Virus record (IMG/VR): IMGVR_UViG_3300045988_182320
Strand: one strand, 5' to 3'
Length of the DNA stretch: 39,937 nucleotides
From: a virus
Lineage: Duplodnaviria; Heunggongvirae; Uroviricota; Caudoviricetes
Every line of letters starts with the position of its first letter. The stretch's first letter is position 1. The position numbers and the translations under genes were made by a program. Below the pieces are notes generated by a model. It was not told the origin of the DNA and did no database searches. It worked only from the letters and a program-made list of their open reading frames with translations. Below, one piece after another: positions 19,601 through 26,188 of this stretch.

Positions 19601-21035
19601 ACGTGATGCCATATTTCATGGCAGGGATGAGTTTCTCGCCAAGTTCGATGGTGAGGTCTTGGAATCGCTTCTTGGCCTTGTCTAGCTCTGCCTGAACTGT
19701 TGTGTTTTGGGTGTTGAACTCATTGAGCACACTGGTACCATCGGCATAAGACTTGGTGGCGATGTCTTGTGCCTCCCTAACTTGGTCGAGGTGTGTAGCT
19801 ACGGCGGAGAGCACGCCCACGGCACGGGTACCGTTGAGCTGCATCTCTTCGAACATCGGTGCCATCTCTGTGAAACCTCCCTTCGACTTCATCGCTTGCA
19901 TGAACTTCATCAAGCCCTCGTTGGCGTTGGTCTTCATCAGGTTGGAGAACTCCTTGACCTGCATGCCCGCTATCTTGGCAAACTTGGCTGGCTCTTGGTA
20001 CATTTTTGTGATGAGCTGTGAGAAGACTGTGGCGGAAGTCGCCTCCTCTTGCATGTTTTGGTCGAGGGCAGAGGCGAGACCCATCAGCTGTGCCTGGGTC
20101 ATGCCGGCCTGGATGCCGACACCTGAGAGGTCGGCGGTGAAATCGACGATGTAGCCAGCGTTTGCAGATGAGCTTTGTGCCAGCTCATTGACGGCGGAAC
20201 CTGTGGCGAGCATCGCACCACGAAGGCCTTTGGTCTTATCCTCACCAAACATCTGGGCGAGCTTGCCGATTTTATCGACCGCCCCCTTGCCGAGGTCATC
20301 GCCGAGGGCGACATTGATTTTGTCGGCACCATCAACGAACTCCTCGATCATCTCTTTGCTGGTGATGCCGAGGCGACCGGCAGAGCCAGCCAGCTCGTTG
20401 AGCTGCTCACGAGCTGTGCGGGTATCCATGCGCTTGAAGTCCTCGTTCATCTGATGAACCTGTTCGTCGGTCTGACCGGTGTATTTGCGCACGTCTGCCA
20501 TCGACTCCTCCATGTCGGCATAGGCTTGGGCTGCAGCTCTCAAAGTAAGAGTGAGTGTGGTGAGACTGCCCAGTATCTGGGTGAAGGCACCCCAGTTTTT
20601 GTTAAGACCATCCCACATTCTAGAGAACAAACTTCTGGAAGCTTTACCTTCGTCGTTGATGTGCTGCATCTCTGCTCGCACTTGCTTTAATTGCTTTTGC
20701 AGTTTTTTCCATTCGTCTGAGTTGCGCTTGATGGCACCGCTTTTCAACTCTCTGTTGAGAGCCTTGGCGACTAGTTGCAGCTCCTTGTATGATGCAGAAG
20801 AAAGATTGTTGAGAACTTGGTTAACCTTCTCTTGGCTAGTCATGTATGCTTTTGTCTCAGCCTTTAATCTCTTTATCTGTCGTTCGAGGGCTGTTGTTGA
20901 CTCGCCCTTAGCATAAGCCTCGTCTCTGGCTTTTTGCACTTCTTTCAGCTTGTTTTGCAATTCGTTGAGTTTATCCTTAGCCTCTTTGGTGTCAAGAATA
21001 ACTCTGCTAACATGGGTATCTGTATTTGTTGCCAT
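16689..21035 (-). CDS. Tail tape measure protein (putative)
   Basis: 1448 aa; long K/E/A/Q-rich coiled-coil stretches, central hydrophobic segments, Gly-rich C-terminal region (GGFTGPGNY...GVVHAGEFV); ATG at 21033-21035. Confidence 0.7.
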   Translation of the reverse strand: MATNTDTHVSRVILDTKEAKDKLNELQNKLKEVQKARDEAYAKGESTTALERQIKRLKAETKAYMTSQEKVNQVLNNLSSASYKELQLVAKALNRELKSGAIKRNSDEWKKLQKQLKQVRAEMQHINDEGKASRSLFSRMWDGLNKNWGAFTQILGSLTTLTLTLRAAAQAYADMEESMADVRKYTGQTDEQVHQMNEDFKRMDTRTAREQLNELAGSAGRLGITSKEMIEEFVDGADKINVALGDDLGKGAVDKIGKLAQMFGEDKTKGLRGAMLATGSAVNELAQSSSANAGYIVDFTADLSGVGIQAGMTQAQLMGLASALDQNMQEEATSATVFSQLITKMYQEPAKFAKIAGMQVKEFSNLMKTNANEGLMKFMQAMKSKGGFTEMAPMFEEMQLNGTRAVGVLSAVATHLDQVREAQDIATKSYADGTSVLNEFNTQNTTVQAELDKAKKRFQDLTIELGEKLIPAMKYGITSFSLTIKVMSTLITFTVTYAKQIAVLSTAIAVCTTLWYKETIAIKIKSAAVQYASAVDKACAATSTLLRAALVALQATWAYLTKGIQGYIVVMRAARLASLTNPWAALATVITVVGVAAYGAYKAITSYNEAMRNNTQEAKNNRAVAEAQASLAKKVSDATLDERNKVDMLNKVIHSNAYTVDERKQAIANMQKLVPEYHASISKEGKLYNDNQIAIQNYIKELENAAMAEAIYERKVEINKKKLKLKQKESRIRYSLKAVDAERKAHPKQYESNAVADGWTGQLIEQNEALKSNEKQKQIHTQRLQANLSLQKKVNAEENFYNQQLEKNVNLQKQYNKTVKKNLLNNSATTETPVTPSSGHTMTEKERKAAEKEKKKREAAARKAEAKRKADMKKELDDAKKANQAEELDAKTLYATGQIRLAEYNEKMKNIKEQGLQARLDILKKYGEAESEEYKRLSAEKENIAADYEKKQTADLEALETERQKKEMKLNADYYNKDSNLYHNEDAVNEALFLSYQDYLNKKQALYLSSSDEYAQIEKERELTQQQRKYDLQKQHDEQLLQLRQEYGKLGNEEQMQLELQGLEAIYKAGLIREEEYQRTKMGIANKYASYKPTADEQRKEDANTALDTAKKMTKGNGDNSNAMGSDNLATIAGGAIAAIQQQKMVNDNLDKLRRDGNISEQAYLDAKKQMNKETYQEIASIAGAAFSSINTMMGAASAYSQACSDLEVAKIEKNYDKQISAAGNNSAKKKRLEAKRDKEVAAAKSKANKKAMKIEIAQAIASTAMAAINAYSSAAAIPVVGHILGPIAAGLATAAGMLQIATIKKQHQAEAAGYYEGGFTGPGNYKKEAGVVHAGEFVANHNAVNNPQLLPALQLIDMAQRNNTVASLTAQDVSRAMGTGSAAVVAPVVNVTGGDTEQMGASLDSVHNTIDRLNQQLDAGIKSYVVITGPDGFDRQWSQYQKMKSNK

Positions 21036-21057
21036 AATTGAATATTTTATTTTATGG

Positions 21058-21065
21058 CAAAGGTA
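21058..21065 (-). promoter_or_regulatory. Bacteroidota-type -7 promoter box for the tape-measure-like gene
   Basis: caaaggta on plus strand (TAccTTTG on minus), 23 nt upstream of ATG 21035. Confidence 0.45.
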
Positions 21066-21080
21066 ATAAGGAGGAAAATA

Positions 21081-21119
21081 TAATAAAAATACGAGACCGT
21101 ATGTATTGCGGTCTCGTAT
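21081..21119 (-). terminator. Rho-independent terminator
   Basis: Perfect 11-bp stem atacgagaccg (21089-21099) / cggtctcgtat (21109-21119), 9-nt loop, followed on the minus strand by tttttatta. Confidence 0.6.
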
Positions 21120-21461
21120 TTACTTGGTTATCTCTTGCTCTTTTTTAAAGAACTCGTATGCAAGATTGTTTGCATCCCAAACAAGATATTTCTTGTTGGT
21201 GTTTCTGAGTGTCTGTTTATCACCTGTTATGGAGTTTGCTATCGTGACGCAGAAGAATCTGCCTCGCTTTACGATTTCGGTTGCCGTATTGTTTGGCGAT
21301 GCCAGTCTTATAGGCTCGTCAAAATTCTCATCAAAAGTATCAAACAATGGTTCGGAAGCCACTGTGGCTGGGCAAGAACTATTGCCAAGCTTGTCGAGAC
21401 CTTTGAGGAGTGCAACTGTTATAATCGCTAGTATCCAGCATCCAAATATAGTCGTAATCAT
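21120..21461 (-). CDS. Small membrane protein (hypothetical)
   Basis: Start placed at ATG 21459-21461 (MITTIFGCWILAIITVALL..., N-terminal hydrophobic helix); the track ORF extends further upstream across a -7 box at 21491-21498. Confidence 0.4.
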   Translation of the reverse strand: MITTIFGCWILAIITVALLKGLDKLGNSSCPATVASEPLFDTFDENFDEPIRLASPNNTATEIVKRGRFFCVTIANSITGDKQTLRNTNKKYLVWDANNLAYEFFKKEQEITK

Positions 21462-21490
21462 AATTTGCAAGTTTATTATTATCTTTGTTG

Positions 21491-21498
21491 CAAATTTA
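21491..21498 (-). promoter_or_regulatory. Bacteroidota-type -7 promoter box
   Basis: caaattta on plus strand (TAaaTTTG on minus), 30 nt upstream of ATG 21461. Confidence 0.4.
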
Positions 21499-21683
21499 AT
21501 AATAATATTTGGAATATGCAAGTATTTTGTGTTAAATCTTTGATTTGTTTTGCGGTATGGTGGAAAAATATTATATTTGCAGTGGCAATTTAATTTTAGA
21601 AAGTATGAATAAAGATTTTGCTTTAATATTGGTAAACATAATATGCGCCTTAACGGCATTTGTTTGTATGATAATCACTATTG

Positions 21684-22040
21684 TTATTTCATTAGTGAGA
21701 TTATAATAGTAATACACATAGATGCGATTGTAATAATCGTGCAAATGATATTGATATATTCTTTGTATTCTTTCAGAAGTGTCAGTCTCTCCTGTCTTCT
21801 CTTCTGTTTGTTATAGCCTTTCTTGGCAGCATTCTCCCCTTGTGGTGTCAGCTTATAATAAGCTTCTCCCCACTCATAAACAAGTCCCTCGTCTTGAAGT
21901 GATTGTAGAACATCGTATGGCTCAATGTCATATCCATACGTATCATTTATAGCACTGTGTACATCGTCTTTGTTAGGACTACCTTCTAAGAACTGGCTTA
22001 AAATGAAATCTGCGATTTCTATTTGCTTTTTAGTCATCAT
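21684..22040 (-). CDS. Hypothetical tail-anchored membrane protein
   Basis: About 118 aa from ATG (MMTKKQIEIADF...), C-terminal hydrophobic helix IICTIITIASMCITIIISL; the track ORF starts with GTG at 22124 and would run through an upstream hairpin. Confidence 0.4.
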   Translation of the reverse strand: MMTKKQIEIADFILSQFLEGSPNKDDVHSAINDTYGYDIEPYDVLQSLQDEGLVYEWGEAYYKLTPQGENAAKKGYNKQKRRQERLTLLKEYKEYINIICTIITIASMCITIIISLMK

Positions 22041-22092
22041 AATCAAATAAAAACGGCTCGTGCATCGGGAGGGCAGTCCTTCAGCACGAGCC
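22041..22092 (-). terminator. Hairpin + T-run (terminator or leader attenuator)
   Basis: Perfect 9-bp stem ggctcgtgc (22055-22063) / gcacgagcc (22084-22092), 20-nt loop, followed on the minus strand by tttttatttg, just before ATG 22040. Confidence 0.5.
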
Positions 22093-22175
22093 ATTAACAG
22101 CTGTATATCTTTATGTCTTGCCACTCATGAGACCTGCCCGAATCATGTTTGACATCATTGTCTTTAAATATGGTG

Positions 22176-22183
22176 CAAAGATA
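22176..22183 (-). promoter_or_regulatory. Bacteroidota-type -7 promoter box
   Basis: caaagata on plus strand (TAtcTTTG on minus), upstream of the 22055-22092 hairpin and of ATG 22040. Confidence 0.4.
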
Positions 22184-22223
22184 ACGCTTTTATCTGAAAG
22201 CACCAAATGATTTTACGAAAACT

Positions 22224-22835
22224 TTATTTCACCACCTCTATGTATCTCGAGTAATCAATCTTGGAGTGGGGATTGTGGCTGACTATCTGCACCTGATAGC
22301 CCTTGGTGCCCCATCGCCACCAGAGGAACTTGTGGCGGTAGGTGCGGCTCACGATGGTCGTCAGGCTGTCTCGAGACGAGTACTGGCACTCTCGCTTGGG
22401 GATGTCGATATGGAGGGAGAGCCATTGGTCTCGGTAGGTGTAGATGGAATCGGGGATGCCGGAACCAGCCACGGCGGCGGTCGGTTCGGGCGTGAGATAG
22501 ACCGTATCGGCGGTGGTTGACGAAGCTGTGTGGATAGACTGCACATCTTTGAGCCGCACTTTGAGGTCTTTGATGAGCTTGGTATCGGCGAGGTGGAGCT
22601 TTTGCAGCTCGTCGTATTTCGACTGAAGGGCGTTGAATATGGCGACATTGAGAGTGTCTCTCACGTTGGCATATTCAATGTCGTAGTTGAGGTTGGCAAC
22701 GTTGTAGCTCTGTCGGTCGAGGTCTGCCTGAAGCTGCTCGCACTTGTTGGCGGAGTGTATGAATGCGACTGCGGTCACGATGAGCAGGGCTGCCAGAAGC
22801 TGGATGATAATCTTGGGTGTAATCTTTTTTGTCAT
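22224..22835 (-). CDS. Membrane-anchored coiled-coil protein (possible spanin or lysis accessory)
   Basis: Start placed at ATG 22833-22835 (MTKKITPKIIIQLLAALLIVTAVAFIHS, N-terminal TM) followed by a coiled-coil-like region; immediately downstream of the amidase. Confidence 0.3.
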   Translation of the reverse strand: MTKKITPKIIIQLLAALLIVTAVAFIHSANKCEQLQADLDRQSYNVANLNYDIEYANVRDTLNVAIFNALQSKYDELQKLHLADTKLIKDLKVRLKDVQSIHTASSTTADTVYLTPEPTAAVAGSGIPDSIYTYRDQWLSLHIDIPKRECQYSSRDSLTTIVSRTYRHKFLWWRWGTKGYQVQIVSHNPHSKIDYSRYIEVVK

Positions 22836-22864
22836 TGTCTTTTTGAAAATGATTGGTGAGTGAG

Positions 22865-23290
22865 TTATGCGATGTCTTTGTATTCGTCGATGGCATTGAA
22901 GCAAGGACACATCTTCTTCCATTTGGACTTGTCCTTGCCCCAGATGTCACGATGGCCCATTATCTGGGCATCTGGGAATTGTTGCTTCAGTTTGTGGAGT
23001 AGCAAAACGAGGGCGTCTTTTTGCTCTGGTGTGCGGTTGTCGATAGCCTTGCCCTTAGCGTCGATGCCACCGATATAGGCGACGTTGATGGCTGTGGAGT
23101 TGTAGCCCTGCACGCCGTTGCTCACCTTTTCGATGGCTAGGAGTTGGTGGATGCCGCCGTTTGGGGCGATGACGTAGTGATAACCTGGATTGGTCCAGCC
23201 CTTGCGGCGGAACTCTGCCTTGAGGTCGTCGATGGACTGGCTTTGCGACCCTGCGGTGCAGTGAACGAAAATGCGTTTAATCTGTCTCAT
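22865..23290 (-). CDS. N-acetylmuramoyl-L-alanine amidase, T7-lysozyme/PGRP-like (endolysin)
   Basis: IFVHCTAG...GWTNPGYHYVI...GYNSTAINVAYIGGIDAKGK...TPEQ...HRDI...KMCPCF closely parallels the conserved blocks of T7 lysozyme (Amidase_2 family); start placed at ATG 23288-23290. Confidence 0.9.
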   Translation of the reverse strand: MRQIKRIFVHCTAGSQSQSIDDLKAEFRRKGWTNPGYHYVIAPNGGIHQLLAIEKVSNGVQGYNSTAINVAYIGGIDAKGKAIDNRTPEQKDALVLLLHKLKQQFPDAQIMGHRDIWGKDKSKWKKMCPCFNAIDEYKDIA

Positions 23291-23531
23291 TATTTTGCTT
23301 GTTATGATTGAACAATTTGTTTTTGATGTTGTTGAACTTGGCATCGATGGCGATGGCTACGCCGAAGATGGAGCCGGCATACATGAGCGACTGGGCAAAG
23401 TACCAGAGCACATTGTCGGTGACATCACGAGCCTGGGAGGTGAAGTAACTGATGTAAACCAGTATGATGGCGAGGAGGAGCACGGCGATGGCTGAGCCGT
23501 ATTGTATCCATTCTTTAGTATTTCTCTGCAT
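23277..23531 (-). CDS. Putative holin
   Basis: 84 aa from ATG 23529-23531 (MQRNTKEW...), two predicted TM helices and a charged C-terminal tail; overlaps the amidase start by 14 nt. Confidence 0.5.
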   Translation of the reverse strand: MQRNTKEWIQYGSAIAVLLLAIILVYISYFTSQARDVTDNVLWYFAQSLMYAGSIFGVAIAIDAKFNNIKNKLFNHNKQNNETD

Positions 23532-23558
23532 GGTGAATCTTGTTTTTGTTTTACAGTG

Positions 23559-23566
23559 CAAAGATA
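23559..23566 (-). promoter_or_regulatory. Bacteroidota-type -7 promoter box for the lysis genes
   Basis: caaagata on plus strand (TAtcTTTG on minus), 28 nt upstream of holin ATG 23531. Confidence 0.45.
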
Positions 23567-23580
23567 AGAAGGGTAGGGTG

Positions 23581-23617
23581 ATAATAAAAATACGAGACCG
23601 CCCTAACGATCTCGTAT
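23581..23617 (-). terminator. Rho-independent terminator
   Basis: Stem atacgaga (23590-23597) / tctcgtat (23610-23617), 12-nt loop, followed on the minus strand by ttttt; shares an identical 20-mer with the terminator at 21080-21099. Confidence 0.5.
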
Positions 23618-23631
23618 TATATGTTTAACTG

Positions 23632-24039
23632 TTAGACCTCTCTTGAGAGAATCTCCTTGGCTATCTCTTTGGCCTCTTTGCGCCACGACTGATAAGCCTC
23701 GAACTCTGCCTCGTGAGTCTCGTCGCCATCGCCACGGTTGGCTAGGATGGCCTCTACCTGGTTTTGGCTGTATCGGGTGCGAACCAAACCAGCGGTGAAA
23801 TCGTCGTAGGTGGCTGCGGTCGCCTGAATCTTGGTCGAGCCATCAGGCTCTGTGCCCTCATAGCTGTAAGCAGTGACACCCTCGGAGTTTTCATCTTCTG
23901 ACTGCTCTGAGGTATCGGAAGAGCCTGTAGCGGCCTCAGGGTGATAGTTTTCAACTTTCTGCTCACCAGTGTAGAGCAGATAATGGTTATCGTCATATTT
24001 GACGAAGCTCTTGCGAGCTAGATAATACTTCTTGTTCAT
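23632..24039 (-). CDS. Hypothetical acidic protein co-transcribed downstream of the reverse transcriptase
   Basis: 135 aa, ATG at 24037-24039, only 6 nt after the RT stop; D/E-rich, not Avd-like. Confidence 0.45.
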   Translation of the reverse strand: MNKKYYLARKSFVKYDDNHYLLYTGEQKVENYHPEAATGSSDTSEQSEDENSEGVTAYSYEGTEPDGSTKIQATAATYDDFTAGLVRTRYSQNQVEAILANRGDGDETHEAEFEAYQSWRKEAKEIAKEILSREV

Positions 24040-24045
24040 AATTGA

Positions 24046-25620
24046 TCACGTGAATTTATAGAACTTCTTTTTGAATTTATTGTGAAGCTCTGCGACCACG
24101 GTGGAGAAGGGTAGCTCATCACGACAGAAGTCGTTGAGGGCTTGGTCTATCAAGATCTTGGAGCCTGTATAGAGGTAGTGCTCCAGAGGTTGCCATACCT
24201 CGGTGCCGTCTGGCTCCAGGTGGTCGATGATGCGATAGCGTAGGGAGAGGCGCTTCTTGGGCACCTCTTTGGTGACCATGTGGGTGGAGCCGTCCGGGGC
24301 GGTCTCCTCTTGCTGGATGGTCTCCTTCTCTATCACCGAGTCATCGACCTTGTAGTCTATCACTTGAACGAGGAACTTGTTCTCGTCCTGACCCTCACGG
24401 CAGATGATGTCCTCGATGGACTGCTGCTGTGATTTCTCCATACCGTCAAAAGGCACGCGCGCACGGCGAGCCTTGACGAGTTTACCGAATCTTTCCATAC
24501 CGATTTTCTTATATAAGTTTTTAGAGTTTGCGTGGATGCCCAGACCTAGGCGAGAGGCTGCCTTGAGCTGTATCTGGCGGTCTGTGAAGCCCGCCTTGCG
24601 TAAGTTGGCGATCTGTCTGCAGAGGTCGTGCTTGAACCGCTTGCGCAACAGGGCGTGGTCGGCGTAGATGATCTGACCGCAGAAGTCGATGCCATCGCAG
24701 GTGCGGTGGATACCCCAAGACTTATTGATGGATAGGTGCCAGTCACGGGCGAGGTGCATCACGGCAAGCTCTGCCATCAGCCTGAGGAACACCTTATCCT
24801 CGTGGAGGATGTAGATGTTGTCCATGAAGCGGTAATAATGGCGAAGACCTTGGCGGCAGAAGCGCTCGAACCTATCGTTGAGCGACTTCACTCCCCCGCA
24901 TAGCAGTTGAGCTTGCTGCTGAGTGCGACAGGTAACGAGCATGTCGATCACGTAGCGAGCCTGCCAGTAACGGAACTTGTCGGTGTCTTGGAGAATGTCG
25001 AAGCATCGGAGTGCCAGGTAATCGAAGCGGGCGAGGAAGAGCTGACCCAAGAGTTGGGCGAGCTTGACGCCGAGCACGATGCCTGGATTGAAGCTATCGA
25101 CCACCTCGTCGATGAAGGCGAGGAGCTTGCGGTCTTTGATCTTGCGGCGATATTCACTTTTGAGAAGAGCGTGGTCTATGCTCTGAAAATAATGGTGAAT
25201 ATCCATGGGCAAGCAGTAGAAGGTATCTTGCTGTGGCGAGTTGAAGATGTCTCGCTTGACAAGATTATAGAAATAATGGGTGCCCTTGCCCTTGGAACCA
25301 GCCGGACTGTGGCTGTAGAGTGTCTTGCGAAGGTTATCCTCTACAGGTTGCAGGGCAGCGTGCTGGATGACGTGGTCGATAACGGGCAGCTTGTTGACTT
25401 GGCGATGTTTTGGATAGTCGATATCTTTGGCGACATAGGCTGAGGTATGCCAAGTTTGTTGGGTGTAAGCATCGAGCATGCGTCCGATGTTATGGTCTAG
25501 GTTTGCCTCGAATTTTTGGACCGCACGGCGAGACATCTTTTGTCGGGCGTAGTCATAGAATGCCCGACGAAAGTTGTCTAGTGTCTCGACCTGTGGCGAT
25601 ATGTTGCCAAACCTTTTCAT
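24046..25620 (-). CDS. Reverse transcriptase of a diversity-generating retroelement
   Basis: RT motif A LPMDIHHYFQSIDH; motif B-like GIVLGVKLAQLLGQLFL; motif C position reads YYRFMDNIYIL (non-canonical); primer-grip-like DFCGQII; adjacent to the TR/VR pair. Start placed at first ATG 25618-25620; the track ORF begins with GTG at 25689. Confidence 0.8.
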   Translation of the reverse strand: MKRFGNISPQVETLDNFRRAFYDYARQKMSRRAVQKFEANLDHNIGRMLDAYTQQTWHTSAYVAKDIDYPKHRQVNKLPVIDHVIQHAALQPVEDNLRKTLYSHSPAGSKGKGTHYFYNLVKRDIFNSPQQDTFYCLPMDIHHYFQSIDHALLKSEYRRKIKDRKLLAFIDEVVDSFNPGIVLGVKLAQLLGQLFLARFDYLALRCFDILQDTDKFRYWQARYVIDMLVTCRTQQQAQLLCGGVKSLNDRFERFCRQGLRHYYRFMDNIYILHEDKVFLRLMAELAVMHLARDWHLSINKSWGIHRTCDGIDFCGQIIYADHALLRKRFKHDLCRQIANLRKAGFTDRQIQLKAASRLGLGIHANSKNLYKKIGMERFGKLVKARRARVPFDGMEKSQQQSIEDIICREGQDENKFLVQVIDYKVDDSVIEKETIQQEETAPDGSTHMVTKEVPKKRLSLRYRIIDHLEPDGTEVWQPLEHYLYTGSKILIDQALNDFCRDELPFSTVVAELHNKFKKKFYKFT

Positions 25621-25828
25621 AAGCGGTGTAATGTCTGTGTTGAACGGTGTATAAACTGTGTATAGTCTGAATCGTCTGCTTTTGTACACTTGATAACCTT
25701 CGACCGGATGACCGTGTTGTCATCATCTACCAGCTGTCTTATTAATGTGTATGTATCGCCATGGGGCGAGGATTGACCCTGTAATCTCGAAGTGGGAGCA
25801 AACGACCCACGAAGAGATATGTCTGTAA

Positions 25829-25950
25829 GTTGAGGGCGGCGCCGTAGTTCACATTGGCATTCGAGACAGCATTGTTCACGTTGAGCGTCGAAAGACCGCA
25901 TTGACCACCATTGTTAGCGTTAGCACCACGAAGGCAGACACGAAAACCGG
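25829..25950 (-). repeat. DGR template repeat (TR)
   Basis: 122-nt intergenic copy of the target gene 3' region; 110/122 identical to VR; every mismatch is a plus-strand T in TR, i.e. a coding-strand adenine; the same-frame translation carries Asn (AAC) where the VR varies. Confidence 0.85.
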
Positions 25951-25984
25951 CACCTAGGGTCACACCCTGGTATCATAACCGCCG

Positions 25985-25992
25985 CAAAGGTA
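25985..25992 (-). promoter_or_regulatory. Bacteroidota-type -7 promoter box upstream of the TR
   Basis: caaaggta on plus strand (TAccTTTG on minus), about 35 nt upstream of the 5' end of the TR in the direction of TR-RT transcription. Confidence 0.45.
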
Positions 25993-26188
25993 ATAAAAAT
26001 AATCGGTATGGAAGCATGTCAAAGAGCTTTTTTGATGTTTTTATTGATATTTTTTTTGTCGCCGACCGCCACAGGCGGTAACTTAAGGCGAGCTACGCTC
26101 GCTGGGTGCTTCGGCTTCGCCGAGGGTGCTCAGGTCTCTTTTGCACACCCAGTAAACCGATGCACACCCAGCAAACTGATGTAGTCTT

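Noticed and set aside
25742-25963. 73-aa ORF in the track overlapping the DGR template repeat
   Set aside because: It is the TR read in the same frame as the VR (Asn-rich GFRVCLRGANANNGG...). It lies in the spacer between target and RT with no independent start context, so it is a template copy rather than a gene.
26142-26179. Possible CRISPR-like or minisatellite array
   Set aside because: Only two imperfect 19-bp tandem copies with no spacers; no CRISPR array is present anywhere in the window.
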